Source: an uncultured Chitinophagaceae bacterium (GTDB lineage: Bacteria > Bacteroidota > Bacteroidia > Chitinophagales > Chitinophagaceae). From it: 64,000 nt of DNA. The notes beneath the pieces are model-generated. The model ran no database searches and was not told the DNA's origin. It saw only the letters and a program-made list of their open reading frames with translations. Positions 20,640 to 31,626 of the stretch are shown in pieces. Where the stretch lies: the NCBI GenBank assembly GCA_963785915.1, contig CAWAWY010000005.1, forward strand, positions 24,301 through 88,300. The letters run 5' to 3'. Numbering within the stretch: position 1 is the first letter of the stretch; each line of letters opens with the position of its first letter. Made by a program: the position numbers and the translations under genes.

Positions 20640-21647
20640 TCAATAGGACCAAAGATCCTGTTCGTAATTGAATATTTTATCCTTTATATTGTCCCCTTCA
20701 AGCAGGGCAAGGATCGGATCTTTTATATAATTTCTAATGTTCCTGTTAGCTGCATTATCCAAAGTTGATTTCACAATATAACTGCTGAACATCCGGCTTT
20801 CAAATAGTTCTTCCCACGTCATCCTGCTCTGACCCATGTTCTTAGGATTATACACTTCTGACTTCGCAAGCATTGGACGCAAATCGGGGTAATATACCCA
20901 GAACAGTGATGAAGTACCTCTTTCCCTTGTTGTATTGGGAATATATTCTGTCTTTAATAATGCAATTCCTAAGATGCGTACAAACATCCTGCTTGATTCC
21001 CTGTCAAATACCCATTCTTCTTTTACTCTGAGTTTATTAACGGACTTGGCATCAAAACTTGCTCTTACAACTTTATACCCGGTGATCTTTGTCATATCTT
21101 TAAGATCGCCGTATACCGCTGTGGTATCAGCTGAGCCGACTGTCAGTTGCTCTACTTCAGGAACCGTCATCGGTATTGAAAATCTGTCATCCACAAAAGC
21201 GGTAACTTCTCCGGTTTTAACGGCTTTTAATATCATATCAACGAACATTTGGCTTCCGTTGTCATCCTGGGCTTCGTATCGAAAAGTCTGGTTCATTTTC
21301 TCTCTGAGGTCAAGCTCTCTCCACACTTTTTCTGCAAATAATGCATCATCAGCTCGCAGATGCTCATACACCAATGGCACCCGTGCGTTTACGCTGCTTT
21401 TGTCATAAGCATTATCATTTCGCAAAGATTTGCGAACGACATTGTCGTTCATACCCGATGAGTCCACAGAAATAGGAAGACCACCATAAGGATCATATTT
21501 TGTGGGCTGGTTATTGTTATTTTGCTGCGTCGGCTGATTATTTTCTGCGGGTTGTCTTCCCCTTCTGCCACGTTGTGCATCGGCCTGATTTACCAGCATC
21601 ACGCCAACCAACAAACAAACTGAAGTCTTGAGCAAGAGATTTTTCAT
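20640..21647 (-). CDS. gldN: gliding motility / T9SS protein GldN
   Basis: 335 aa with a signal peptide. Last gene of the gldKLMN block, with GldN-like conserved core (VWRELDLREKMNQ). Confidence 0.8.
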   Translation of the reverse strand: MKNLLLKTSVCLLVGVMLVNQADAQRGRRGRQPAENNQPTQQNNNNQPTKYDPYGGLPISVDSSGMNDNVVRKSLRNDNAYDKSSVNARVPLVYEHLRADDALFAEKVWRELDLREKMNQTFRYEAQDDNGSQMFVDMILKAVKTGEVTAFVDDRFSIPMTVPEVEQLTVGSADTTAVYGDLKDMTKITGYKVVRASFDAKSVNKLRVKEEWVFDRESSRMFVRILGIALLKTEYIPNTTRERGTSSLFWVYYPDLRPMLAKSEVYNPKNMGQSRMTWEELFESRMFSSYIVKSTLDNAANRNIRNYIKDPILALLEGDNIKDKIFNYEQDLWSY

Positions 21648-21652
21648 TTCAC

Positions 21653-23181
21653 CTAATTTATATAATAAAATATAGAAGGCACCGATGTCACACGACCATC
21701 CGGACCTCTCACTTTGATATTTTCTATCGTCACCATTCGACCAGCTTTTACATTCCGATCAATTGCACTTTTTACCTGCCCCTGGAAAAGAGCCCCTGTA
21801 GCAGGAATTGAAACAATGTCATCATCAGTATCGCATGTAAAAGTGTAACTCACAACATCGTAGTCAAGCTGGAATGGGAAGTTCTTAACCCCCGCCTGTA
21901 CTCCAACCTGGGCCTTGAATGCTCCTGCAACAACTTGAGTACCGCTTGGCTGGCCACCCACGTATGCCTGAGCCTCTGGTATAGTCCGCACACGGAATTT
22001 TGACTTTCCGGCAAGCTTGCCATCAACAGAAACATTTATCCAGCAATCATCAGTCACCTTACCAACTTTGGCAATAAACGCTCCACCACCTTTATTAATC
22101 AGTGACCCGCCTCCTCCGTCGATAGAAACCTGCAATTTTTCAGTGCCGGCGCCCGTGGCTGATATAGTAACAGGATTATCAACGCCAATGTATAATACGT
22201 TCATTTTATCCAAAGCTATTGAAGCGGCCGATTGACCGACCATATACTCGATAGTTTTCGGAATTTCTTTAACATTACCTTCCTGATCGGTATATTTAAT
22301 ATTAACCTGGATAGTATGTTTTCCAAGCGCCGCAGACGCCTTCATATTTCTGTGAGCAGCTCCGTCTGGTCCTAAGGCTTCGGGGCTTCCTTCAATCATA
22401 ACCTGGGTAAAGCAGCTTTACTGAAGGCACCCACACCAGCCATAATTTCCATATCATCACCCGGCATTACATAACTCTTATCAGTTGCTGCGAAACCAAC
22501 ATAAGTATCATATCGCACAACAACAGCACCAACCTGGTTATGGCAATATTCAACTATTTTATTTTCAGAAGTCCTAATATCGTTTTGAAATTTGCTCAAA
22601 ATTGTCAAAGCAGCAACTGTAGGAACCATGTGGAAGTAGGCCCTTTCCCAAGTATTATTAGATTTGCTTTCCGTTATGGGTGTTTCCAGGTTTATAGGAA
22701 GAGTTTTGCCAAATTCTGCTTGAATTTTTGGATCTACATTAAGTACATTATTCTTAAAGTCTGCAAGATGTTTAAGCAAGTCCTTCCCCTTTCCTTTATC
22801 CACCATCATCCTTGTGGCAATATCAAGATTATCAGCTTTAAAACTCGCCTTATCAACATCACCTCCACCTTGTTTTATGATATCGTTCTTGATATCTTGT
22901 ATGAAAGAATAAGCCTCTTTAGAATACTTCTGCACTTCCTGTGCCTTAGGAAGCCAAATCTTTGCTTTTTCCCTGGTCTTTTCATCAGCCAGTTTATCCT
23001 GAAGGGATGTCATAATTGTTTCCGTAGAGTTACCCACTGTTGTATTGGTGGTCTCTAAGCTTCTATTAACCGTTTTGAAGGCATTTAAAATTTCAGCAGA
23101 TACATTCAGTGCTAACAGGGCTGTTAACACCAGATACATCATGTTGATCATTTTCTGCCGGGGCTCGCGAGGTAAAGCCAT
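21653..23181 (-). pseudogene. gldM: gliding motility / T9SS protein GldM, frameshifted (or sequencing error)
   Basis: N-terminal ORF 22396-23181 (PRQKMINMMYLVLTALLALNVS, typical GldM) and C-terminal ORF 21653-22399 together total GldM length. The frames join if one base is added near 22400-22408. Confidence 0.85.
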
Positions 23182-23276
23182 GACGATTTATGGTTTTAAT
23201 TTTTAAGTAATGGTGACTTTTCAAAAATCACAGGATTCGGATTTTAAAAAACGAACTTATTATCCCGTTAGTTAAT

Positions 23277-24104
23277 TTAGTTGCGACCCTGCATAGCACT
23301 GAGCATATTGCCATAAATACTATTCAGGCGGCCCAGGTTATTAGCTAATAAGGCGATCTGATCATGAGCTTTTTTAGCATCGCCAACACTTCCTTCCATA
23401 GCCTGTGAAGCATTTACCAGGTTACTATAGAACTGGTTCATTGCTTTAAGGTGGTTGTTAGTATCCTGCAACTCCAGCTCATAAATGGTATTCAGTGAAG
23501 ACAGGTTTTTTGTCAGCACCTGCACTTGCTCATGGAATTGTTTTGTTCCGTCAGCAGCTGCATTAAAATGCTGGATGCTGTTAGCTGCACCTACATAGGC
23601 GTCTTTCATTTGTCCTAATGCATGAGCGGCTTCACGGGTTTTATTAGTATAGTCACCGGTAGCGGAAACTACATCAGTGATATCAGACATTTTATCAACT
23701 GTTCCCCCAAATTTTTTGAAATTTTCACCTAAGCGGCCCAGGTTCGCAGGTGTTATATCAGCTTCACGAAGCATATCTTCCATCTTGGTCAATGCCGGGT
23801 TACCACCTGTGTTTCCCAAAGCAAGAGGGGTGACTTCGAATTTGCCGGTACGAGCTTTCTCCACATCAGGATGTTCGTTGATGTTAGGGAAATAACGTTG
23901 CCAATGTGGCTCTTCCGGAGGAGGCACCATGAAGGCCATCACGAGGAACACAATTACTTCAGACAATAAACCTAAAGTGATCATTTCATCAGCAGCAGGC
24001 CAGTGGCGTATTTTGAATAGAGCTCCAAGAATTACCACGGCTGCGAAAAAAGCGAAAATAAAGTTGAGGACTACCTGGCCTCGTGTTGTTTTAAAGAACA
24101 GCAT
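23277..24104 (-). CDS. gldL: gliding motility / T9SS protein GldL
   Basis: 275 aa with two N-terminal TM helices (GALFKIRHWP) and a coiled C-terminal part. Confidence 0.85.
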   Translation of the reverse strand: MLFFKTTRGQVVLNFIFAFFAAVVILGALFKIRHWPAADEMITLGLLSEVIVFLVMAFMVPPPEEPHWQRYFPNINEHPDVEKARTGKFEVTPLALGNTGGNPALTKMEDMLREADITPANLGRLGENFKKFGGTVDKMSDITDVVSATGDYTNKTREAAHALGQMKDAYVGAANSIQHFNAAADGTKQFHEQVQVLTKNLSSLNTIYELELQDTNNHLKAMNQFYSNLVNASQAMEGSVGDAKKAHDQIALLANNLGRLNSIYGNMLSAMQGRN

Positions 24105-24174
24105 AATGGGTTCGTTTTATAGATTATTAATTTTTACTGAAACGGGTTTACAAAAGAAAAATTGTTCTCAAAAA

Positions 24175-24208
24175 GAAAAAGAGGTCGCAGAGAAGTGACC
24201 TCTTTTTA
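24175..24208 (-). terminator. strong hairpin plus T-run between gldK and gldL
   Basis: A 9-bp stem agaggtcgc/gtgacctct at 24180-24203. On the minus strand it is followed by tttttcttttt. Confidence 0.6.
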
Positions 24209-24217
24209 TAAGTTAGC

Positions 24218-25531
24218 TTAGCCTTTGCGACGACCTTTTTGCGGGGCTGCGGGCAAATCAATTACGTCACGGAATCCGATGTAAGATTTGGCTGAATCCT
24301 GGTATTCATAAGTACTCGTACCAGTTTGCAAATAATAGCCGACATCTTTCCAGCTTCCTCCGCGGATTATTTTACGCTTCATTAAAGGAAGATCATCATC
24401 TTTTGCATTCCAGCGAACATCGGGATTCATATCATGCATGAAGTTTGTACGTCCTTCATAATAGATAGAAGATGTCCACTCAGCGACATTACCTGACATG
24501 CAATAAAGACCAAAATCATTAGGCCAGTATGCATCGGCACGCACCGTATAGAATCCGCCATCTTCAGGATAGTTACCACGGCCAGGTTTAAAGTTGGCCA
24601 TCAAACATCCCTTTTTATTACGCAGGTAATAGTTACCCCAGGGGAACATTGATTGTGAACGTCCGCCACGAGCCGCATATTCCCATTGAGCTTCAGTAGG
24701 CAGACGGAAATCTGATTCCTGAACTCTTTTTTTGCCATCGAGCCACGCATTGAGATAGTGCGTTCTCCATTCAGAAAATGCAGTAGCCTGTTTCCAGTTA
24801 ACCCCGACAACGGGATAGTTACCAAAAGCAGGATGTGAGAAATATCGTTTTGTCATCGGTTCATTATACGAGTACGCGAAATCACGTATCCAAACCAATG
24901 TATCCGGATAAATAGGAACATCTTTTTTTACGATAAACCTGGAACGAGCCTTGCCGGCATTTTCCCTTTGAGCAGCTTCTTTCAGATCAAATATCTCGGA
25001 ATGATAAATGAGCTTACTGGGATCAATTTCTTTTTTTCCAAAAATCCTATCATCGGGAGGCAGGATGAGCGGAGTGCTGGCTAAGGCCTCCATAACTTTT
25101 GGATCATCCCACTTGGTTTGTTTCATTTTTACCCAGTCAACATATTCAATTCCGTCTGCACCTGGCTTTACATACCCCAAGGCGCGGGCAGCTACAGAAT
25201 CACGCACCCAGAATACAAACTGGCGGTATTCATTGTTGGTGATCTCCGTTGCGTCCATCCAGAATCCACTGATGGATACGGAACGATTACGGGCACTGAA
25301 TGCATAAGCAGGATCTTCATCACTCGGACCCATGTGGAATGTTCCCTGAGGAATGTACACCATGCCCGGAGGCTTTGGAAGGACATACCTGCTGCCGGGA
25401 GAGATTCCATGCACCTGGCCATCATTAGGTAAAGAGTTGCCTTTACTTTTGCTTCCTGATCCGCAACCGGTAAGCATCATGATGCTTACAATTGCAAACA
25501 GGAGAGAATAGGGGTTTTTCAGTTTCTTCAT
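24218..25531 (-). CDS. gldK: gliding motility / T9SS lipoprotein GldK (FGE-sulfatase fold)
   Basis: Start moved to MKKLKNPYSLLFAIVSIMMLTGCGS (lipobox). Has an FGE/SUMF1-like domain (RGGSW, GFR). Confidence 0.85.
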   Translation of the reverse strand: MKKLKNPYSLLFAIVSIMMLTGCGSGSKSKGNSLPNDGQVHGISPGSRYVLPKPPGMVYIPQGTFHMGPSDEDPAYAFSARNRSVSISGFWMDATEITNNEYRQFVFWVRDSVAARALGYVKPGADGIEYVDWVKMKQTKWDDPKVMEALASTPLILPPDDRIFGKKEIDPSKLIYHSEIFDLKEAAQRENAGKARSRFIVKKDVPIYPDTLVWIRDFAYSYNEPMTKRYFSHPAFGNYPVVGVNWKQATAFSEWRTHYLNAWLDGKKRVQESDFRLPTEAQWEYAARGGRSQSMFPWGNYYLRNKKGCLMANFKPGRGNYPEDGGFYTVRADAYWPNDFGLYCMSGNVAEWTSSIYYEGRTNFMHDMNPDVRWNAKDDDLPLMKRKIIRGGSWKDVGYYLQTGTSTYEYQDSAKSYIGFRDVIDLPAAPQKGRRKG

Positions 25532-25674
25532 ATACTTAGAGGGTATTGGGCAAATATAATATTTTGGTTTAATCGCAATCACAACGTTACTATTTATTTT
25601 TTTCAATACAAATCGGGTTTTACGTGGTAAATTTTCAAACGATTTTAGAGCTCTTTTATTGTATTAACAGAAGA

Positions 25675-27741
25675 TTAATTGCCAATTTCATCCCTGTTTA
25701 TCAAAGACATAAAACGGTCAACTGAATCAACAGGTTGCTGACAAACAAAATCCTTACATAAATATATTACTGGTTTTTCCGCGGATGTCTTACCGGCAAG
25801 CAGGGGGAACTGTTCATTCCCGGCGATTGACGCCATTAATAATTCTATGTGGAAGGTACAGATTAAACAATTCAGTTTGTATTTTTTCGTAACTATTTCC
25901 AGAGAATGGCAACCTCATACGTACCTGATGTGATCTCCTGGAGAAGGGATGCCCAGTTTCCAAATGAAGTCGGATGCTGATAAACAGCCTGCCCGATCGA
26001 AGATATCATATCCATACTTCTTTCCTTCCATTCTTTTTTGTCAAAGTACATTGAAAGCTGGTAGAGATTATAAGCCATTACAGAATTTCCTGAAGGAATA
26101 GCACCATCAAAGATTTCTTTTTTGCGGACGATCACGTCCCGCTGGCTTGCACTGGTAAAAAAGAAAAAAGGAGTTTCCGGTTCGCTGAAATTATCAATAA
26201 CAAATTCAGTTAGTTCTTTGGCTTTTATGAGCCATTTTGTATCTGCCGTTATTTCCTGCAAATGAATAAGAGCCTGTATCAAAAAAACATAATCGTCAAG
26301 AAAAGCAGGATACCTGGCAATGTCATTTTTCCATGTATGATTAAACTCATTTGAATCGCCGATACGAAATTTTTCCAGAATGAATTGCATATTATCCACT
26401 GCCGTTTGTTTGTATTCGCTTTTTCCGGTTGCCATAAAAGCCTTGCTGCAGGCACTATTCATTAAAGCATTCCAGCCCAGAATAACTTTGTCATCCAATA
26501 AGGGGCGAACTCTACTGCTTCTTTCTTTCAAAAGTTTTTTCTTACCGTTTTGAATAATGCTCTTCAATACTGGAATAGAAATTTTATGCTGCGCTGAAAA
26601 TTCTTTCAGCAGTTTTCTGATCCTGAGAATATTTTTTCCTTCCCAGTTACCTTGTTCTGTGATATCAAAATATTGGCAAAAAAGAGCCGCTTCTTCGTCT
26701 AAAATTTTTTCTACTTCATCTAATTGTCCATACATAAAATTTGCCTTCTTCACCTTCGCTATCGGCATCCAATGCAGAATAAAATCCATTTTCAGGGTGA
26801 AGCAATTCCCTGCGGATAAAATCCATTGTTTCATCGATGACTTCTTTGTATCTGTCTTTTTTGGTCAGTTGATACGCCTCACTCAAAACAGAAACGAGTA
26901 GGGCGTTATCATAAAGCATTTTTTCAAAATGAGGAGCCAGCCATTCAGTATCAGTAGAATAACGGGCAAATCCGCCGCCAACCTGGTCATAAAGTCCTCC
27001 TTCCATCATTTTGTCAAGACTCAGCACTGCCTGGTTCAATGCATCCTTATTCCCGGTGATAAAATGATACCTCAGTAAAAACTGTATAGTAAAGGTTTGA
27101 GGAAACTTCGGTGCTTTTCCAAAACCTCCCCATTCGCTGTCAGCTGTTTTCATTACATTTTGAAATGCCTCATCAAGTTTTTCCTTTGAAAATACCTGGC
27201 CAGCAACCGGCAATTTCTGCTGCCCGAATAAATTTGACTGTATTAAGTGGGCTGTAAGATTTTCTGCCTGCTCATTAATCTCATTTCTACGTTCATGGAA
27301 TGCCTGAGCTATACTTTGAAGCACCTCCGTCCATGAAGGGCGGTTGAAAGCTCTTTTTGGAGGAAAATAGGTGCCACCGTAAAAAGGTTTGGCTTCCGGA
27401 GTCAGAAACACATTGAGTGGCCATCCTCCGCTGCCCGTCATAGCCTGAACGGCATCCATGTAAATATGATCCAGATCAGGTCTTTCTTCGCGATCAATTT
27501 TGATGTTGACAAAGTTCTCATTCATCAGTTTTGCTGTCACTTCATCTTCGAAACTTTCTTTTTCCATAACATGACACCAATGACAAGCTGCATAGCCAAT
27601 ACTGACAAGAATGGGCTTGTCTTCATTCTTAGCCTTTTGCAATGCTTCTTCACTCCAGGGATACCAGTTTACGGGGTTATGAGCATGTTGAAGCAGGTAT
27701 GGACTTGTTTCATGAATCAGATGGTTGGTATGCTTCTGCAT
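25675..27741 (-). pseudogene. thioredoxin-domain protein of the YyaL/DUF255 family, at least 3 frameshifts
   Basis: ORF 26716-27741 (CHWCHVM thioredoxin-like) and ORF 25893-26834 (six-hairpin glycosidase-like) form most of it. A C-terminal tail readable in two more frames ends ...EKPVIYLCKDFVCQQPVDSVDRFMSLINRDEIGN at 25675. Confidence 0.8.
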
Positions 27742-27843
27742 TTTACGTCTCTGTTATTACAACGAAGGTGGCAGAATTAGGTTGTAAAACAAAAAGGACA
27801 CCGTGCAACTGGTATCCTTTGTATTATGAACTCGTGTGCTTAA

Positions 27844-28596
27844 TTATTTTTTCTTGCCGCTCAAAAGATACAATTCCAAGGCTGCAACCATACTTGGCGC
27901 CTGCGGCTGAGGTGCCCTGATCTCAAGCTTCAATCCAGCATCTTCTGCTGCTTTAGTGGTATTGTTTCCGAATACACCGATAACAGTTCCGTTTTGCTTG
28001 TATTTGGGAAAATTATCAAATAAACTTTTTACGCCACTCGGGGTAAAAAAGCAAATAACATCATAATCGGTCTTTGATAGCAGATCTTTTACGTCATTAC
28101 TCTGTGTACGGTACATAAAAGCAAGAGCAAATTCACAATCATTGGTCTTAAGCCAGTTCACGATCTCGTTATCCTGCTGATTTTCTGAGCATACATAAAG
28201 GAATTTTTCATTGCCTTTGTGCTTATTGATCACGTCAAACATGCTTTTATTTGAGCCATCAGCGCCATAAAAAACTTTCCGCTTCCGATAAAGAATAAAT
28301 TTTTGAAGATAAAGAGCCACAGCTTCAGTAATACAGAAATACTTTGTGTCCTGCGATACACTAACCTTCATCTCCTCACAGATGCGGAAGAAATGATCAA
28401 TTGCATTCCTGCTGGTAAAGATCACCGCGGAATAATTTTGTACTTCTATTTTCTGTTTGCGAAACTCTCTTGCTGGTATGCCTTCCAATCGAATAAACGG
28501 CTGAAATTCCATCGCCACATTATACTTTTTCGAAAGCTCAAAGTATGGCGATTTATCGCTCTCCGGCCTCGGTTGGGTAATCAGGATTTTTTTCAT
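27844..28596 (-). CDS. hemD: uroporphyrinogen-III synthase
   Basis: Start moved to MKKILITQPRP. HemD-like two-lobed pattern (IFTSRNAI, FFTPSGVKS). Confidence 0.7.
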   Translation of the reverse strand: MKKILITQPRPESDKSPYFELSKKYNVAMEFQPFIRLEGIPAREFRKQKIEVQNYSAVIFTSRNAIDHFFRICEEMKVSVSQDTKYFCITEAVALYLQKFILYRKRKVFYGADGSNKSMFDVINKHKGNEKFLYVCSENQQDNEIVNWLKTNDCEFALAFMYRTQSNDVKDLLSKTDYDVICFFTPSGVKSLFDNFPKYKQNGTVIGVFGNNTTKAAEDAGLKLEIRAPQPQAPSMVAALELYLLSGKKK

Positions 28597-28678
28597 GCTA
28601 TTTGGTGGTATTTCGGCCTTAACCCCATTTTTTACCATGTATGATTCGGCTAAATTTGACTGCAAAGGTAAAATAGTT

Positions 28679-29689
28679 CTACTGAAAAAAGAAAAGCAAA
28701 GCCTTGTAAATCAGTAAAAGCGGCGCAATTTCAAATGCGCATAAATACAAAAAGAAATGAAAGGGATTGAACCTGACTTGATTACGAATAGTAGCATACG
28801 TAAATAAAAAACGATAAATGAGCAAGACGCCAAGACCGCACCACGAAAGCATCAACGCAACGGAGTAAGCATTTCCTTGCATAAATGATAAAAGGACAAG
28901 AAAAGGTAAAAGAAAAATCCCTGCGACCTTATTGATGATAAACACAACAAAAATATAAGTATCAGCAGCGTTTTTGATATTGAACAACCAACCCGTGACT
29001 TTTAGCCCCAGGTATTTAACCACGTAAATAATTGAAATTCCAAGACTGCAATACAAGGACAATAACCAGAAATTATCAAGCGGAATAAATCCAATGTGAT
29101 GAAATAGTAAGGCGAGGTATAATCCACCGGTGACAGCAAAGAAAACATTCAGCAGCAGAGACGGAAGTACCATTTGCATCATCTGCTCTCTTATTTGTTT
29201 TTGCTTAAGCGTCGTACGGAACAAAAGTCGTAATAAGTCATTAAAATATTTGGGAAACCCTTGTCGCAGCAAAGCAAAAGCAATCAATATCGCGATCAAT
29301 ACATAGAATATGATGTCCTTTCCATTGAATTTCTTTAAATCTGAATGAACTGCAACCGGCTTCGAACCAAATCCAAAGTATGGATGATGTTGCAACAATT
29401 GAATCGAAAAAGGTAAATCAGGATTTATCTTCCAGTCCAAATGTGTAGGTTTTTTAGATACTGAATCCGCCATTTGCGCAGTTGATAAAGAGTCCATTTT
29501 CATGGGAGGCAATGAATCATGGTGGATAACACGCGGGGTGACTGCAACCGGCAATGTGTCTTTGGAGTCAATAGTACTTGAATTGCTATCTGTTTGAGCA
29601 GAGACCACCTCTGTCAAACCAAAAAGAACAAAGAATAAAAAAATAGTCCGTAACAAATAAACAGTTTGTTTTGCAAAAATAGTGGCCAT
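28679..29689 (-). CDS. DUF4271-like polytopic membrane protein
   Basis: Start moved to MATIFAKQ. Has multiple TM helices and lies next to hemD and a BamA-like gene. Confidence 0.55.
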   Translation of the reverse strand: MATIFAKQTVYLLRTIFLFFVLFGLTEVVSAQTDSNSSTIDSKDTLPVAVTPRVIHHDSLPPMKMDSLSTAQMADSVSKKPTHLDWKINPDLPFSIQLLQHHPYFGFGSKPVAVHSDLKKFNGKDIIFYVLIAILIAFALLRQGFPKYFNDLLRLLFRTTLKQKQIREQMMQMVLPSLLLNVFFAVTGGLYLALLFHHIGFIPLDNFWLLSLYCSLGISIIYVVKYLGLKVTGWLFNIKNAADTYIFVVFIINKVAGIFLLPFLVLLSFMQGNAYSVALMLSWCGLGVLLIYRFLFTYATIRNQVRFNPFHFFLYLCAFEIAPLLLIYKALLFFFQ

Positions 29690-29723
29690 CCTGTTGTTGC
29701 CAAGGATTGACAGGATACTTGTA

Positions 29724-31523
29724 TTAAAAATAGTTAACAAACCCAAAATGAATTTTAGATTGGCGTAGGTTCAACTCTGTGTCGTTCCGCTTGCCTACCG
29801 CCCAGGCAAGGTTAAAAATCCCCACCTTAGTTTCAAAAGCCAAACCAAGACCAGTTCCAAAATAAGTATAACCGGCATTAATATTTTGACTATTATTTTT
29901 ACCCCATCCGCCATCTGTAAATACATAAAAAAAAGAATTTTGACCAATAAGATAACGGTATTCCAAAGTGGCAATGACATATTTAGAAAGGTATTGGCTT
30001 TCTTCATCAAAACCCCGGAGTAGTTTATAACCGCCGATCTGGAACAATTCATTTCGGAAAATATTTCCGCTTTGAAAGAATCCGCCATTCACGGCAGCTT
30101 TCACTGTACTACGGTTTTGTTTGCCAATAGGAAAATATTTGGCCGCCGTAGCTTTAATGCGAAACTGGTAGGTCTTAAGTTTTACAGTATCATATAATTT
30201 ATCAAAATCGAAATTAGGATCCCCCGGATCTTTTAATTCAAGTACCTGGCTATTCTTTTTTATTTTTTTACTTCCCGCCGACGCTACCATGTGAAATTCA
30301 TTTCCCGAAGTCGGATTGAGCCGATAATTGGTATTATTGAATTCATAATCTACGCCCAGGTTGAATGAGCTTACATCGGCGTCCTCAGGTAAGCGATGGG
30401 TTTGCAAAGTACGATTTGTGTTGACCCCATTCAGTATAGTTTGAAATTTTTGAATGAACAACTGCCCGGCCTGGTGAATATTTAGAACATACTGTGCTCC
30501 CAGTTGCATATTGATATTCACAAATGTGCTGTCTTTACGCAGCATATCAAACGCAAAGTCCAATCCGAATGGCGAATGAAATAAATAAGGATGCTGGTAA
30601 ATAATATTAAGTCGTGGGGATTTCACCTGTAGCTGTTGCCAATTTAATCCAATTGTTTCGCCGGCTCCAAATGCATTTTTAAGTTTAATGTTTGCTTCAC
30701 CTGTTATTAATATTTTTTTTGAAGACAGCTGATCATTATTGGGCAAAAAACCGATCAGTACGTTAACCTGGCTGCTCTTTTTCTGCTTTAGATACATTTC
30801 AAGAATGGAGCCGCTGCCAAGCCATATTAATTTCGCCGGATGTTCCTCTTCGAGGTAAGTTAGCTCCTTCATTCTGCGACTTATTCTCAATAATTTTTCT
30901 TTGCTGAAAATGCTCCCATTTCGAATATCAAGATAGCGTTGCAAATAATCATTGGAAATTTTGGCATCGCCATATACACGTATGCTATCAATTTTATACT
31001 GAGGCCCTTTATTCACCTTAAGCTTAGCCCACACTTGTTCATTGTCTAATTGCAGGCTGTCCAAATAAACTTTTGCAAAAGGGTAACCATTATTTTCCAG
31101 GTAATTTAAGATCCTGTCTTCCCATAAGCGGACCTCTTCAAAATTCATCGGCTTGTCATCAAACACCCCTGCCCTCCATCCTACTGACTGCAGCAGCGAA
31201 GAGTCAATTTGCGAAACATCGATTTGCGCCCATTTATATACATTACCGGCGAACAATACCACCCTGGCAAAAGCAGAATCATACCGAATACTATCAAGAG
31301 AAGCTGTCACATATCCTTTCGATCTAAGAAATCCCGGCAATTGATTTATGTATTGAGTGCATGCGATTTTGGTATTAAATGAAGTAGATATACCGGTATT
31401 GGCTGCAAAAGTTGAATCTTTATCTACACAATTTATATAAAGCGCATATTTATTCTGCGCCAATAGCAGCGCCGGCACAAATAAAAAAACAAGAATAGAT
31501 ATTTGCAGTCTTAATTTTGTCAT
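29724..31523 (-). CDS. BamA/surface-antigen (D15) family outer membrane protein with POTRA-like N-terminus
   Basis: Start moved to MTKLRLQISILVFLFVPALLLAQ (signal peptide). C-terminal beta-barrel ends in an aromatic residue (GFVNYF). Confidence 0.6.
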   Translation of the reverse strand: MTKLRLQISILVFLFVPALLLAQNKYALYINCVDKDSTFAANTGISTSFNTKIACTQYINQLPGFLRSKGYVTASLDSIRYDSAFARVVLFAGNVYKWAQIDVSQIDSSLLQSVGWRAGVFDDKPMNFEEVRLWEDRILNYLENNGYPFAKVYLDSLQLDNEQVWAKLKVNKGPQYKIDSIRVYGDAKISNDYLQRYLDIRNGSIFSKEKLLRISRRMKELTYLEEEHPAKLIWLGSGSILEMYLKQKKSSQVNVLIGFLPNNDQLSSKKILITGEANIKLKNAFGAGETIGLNWQQLQVKSPRLNIIYQHPYLFHSPFGLDFAFDMLRKDSTFVNINMQLGAQYVLNIHQAGQLFIQKFQTILNGVNTNRTLQTHRLPEDADVSSFNLGVDYEFNNTNYRLNPTSGNEFHMVASAGSKKIKKNSQVLELKDPGDPNFDFDKLYDTVKLKTYQFRIKATAAKYFPIGKQNRSTVKAAVNGGFFQSGNIFRNELFQIGGYKLLRGFDEESQYLSKYVIATLEYRYLIGQNSFFYVFTDGGWGKNNSQNINAGYTYFGTGLGLAFETKVGIFNLAWAVGKRNDTELNLRQSKIHFGFVNYF

Positions 31524-31626
31524 AGCCTCACCCCTGCCCTCTCCTTTGCTTCTCCGCCGGATGGCGGATCGCAATGACGAAGGAGAAGGGAGTATGGTAT
31601 AAAATTATTCATTAAAACATAAACTG

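Noticed and set aside
20935-21408. Long ORFs antisense to real genes. This one lies opposite gldN. Others are 22540-23058 opposite gldM, 59568-60065 opposite hypD, 6572-6991 opposite nadE and 34525-34899 opposite the adaptor gene.
   Set aside because: They have low-complexity, motif-free translations that fully overlap well-supported genes on the other strand. These are typical shadow ORFs.
31524-31574. N-terminal extension of the BamA-like ORF (MRSAIRRRSKGEGRGEA).
   Set aside because: It is a translation of the GC-rich hairpin element. A proper signal peptide starts at the internal MTKLRLQ.
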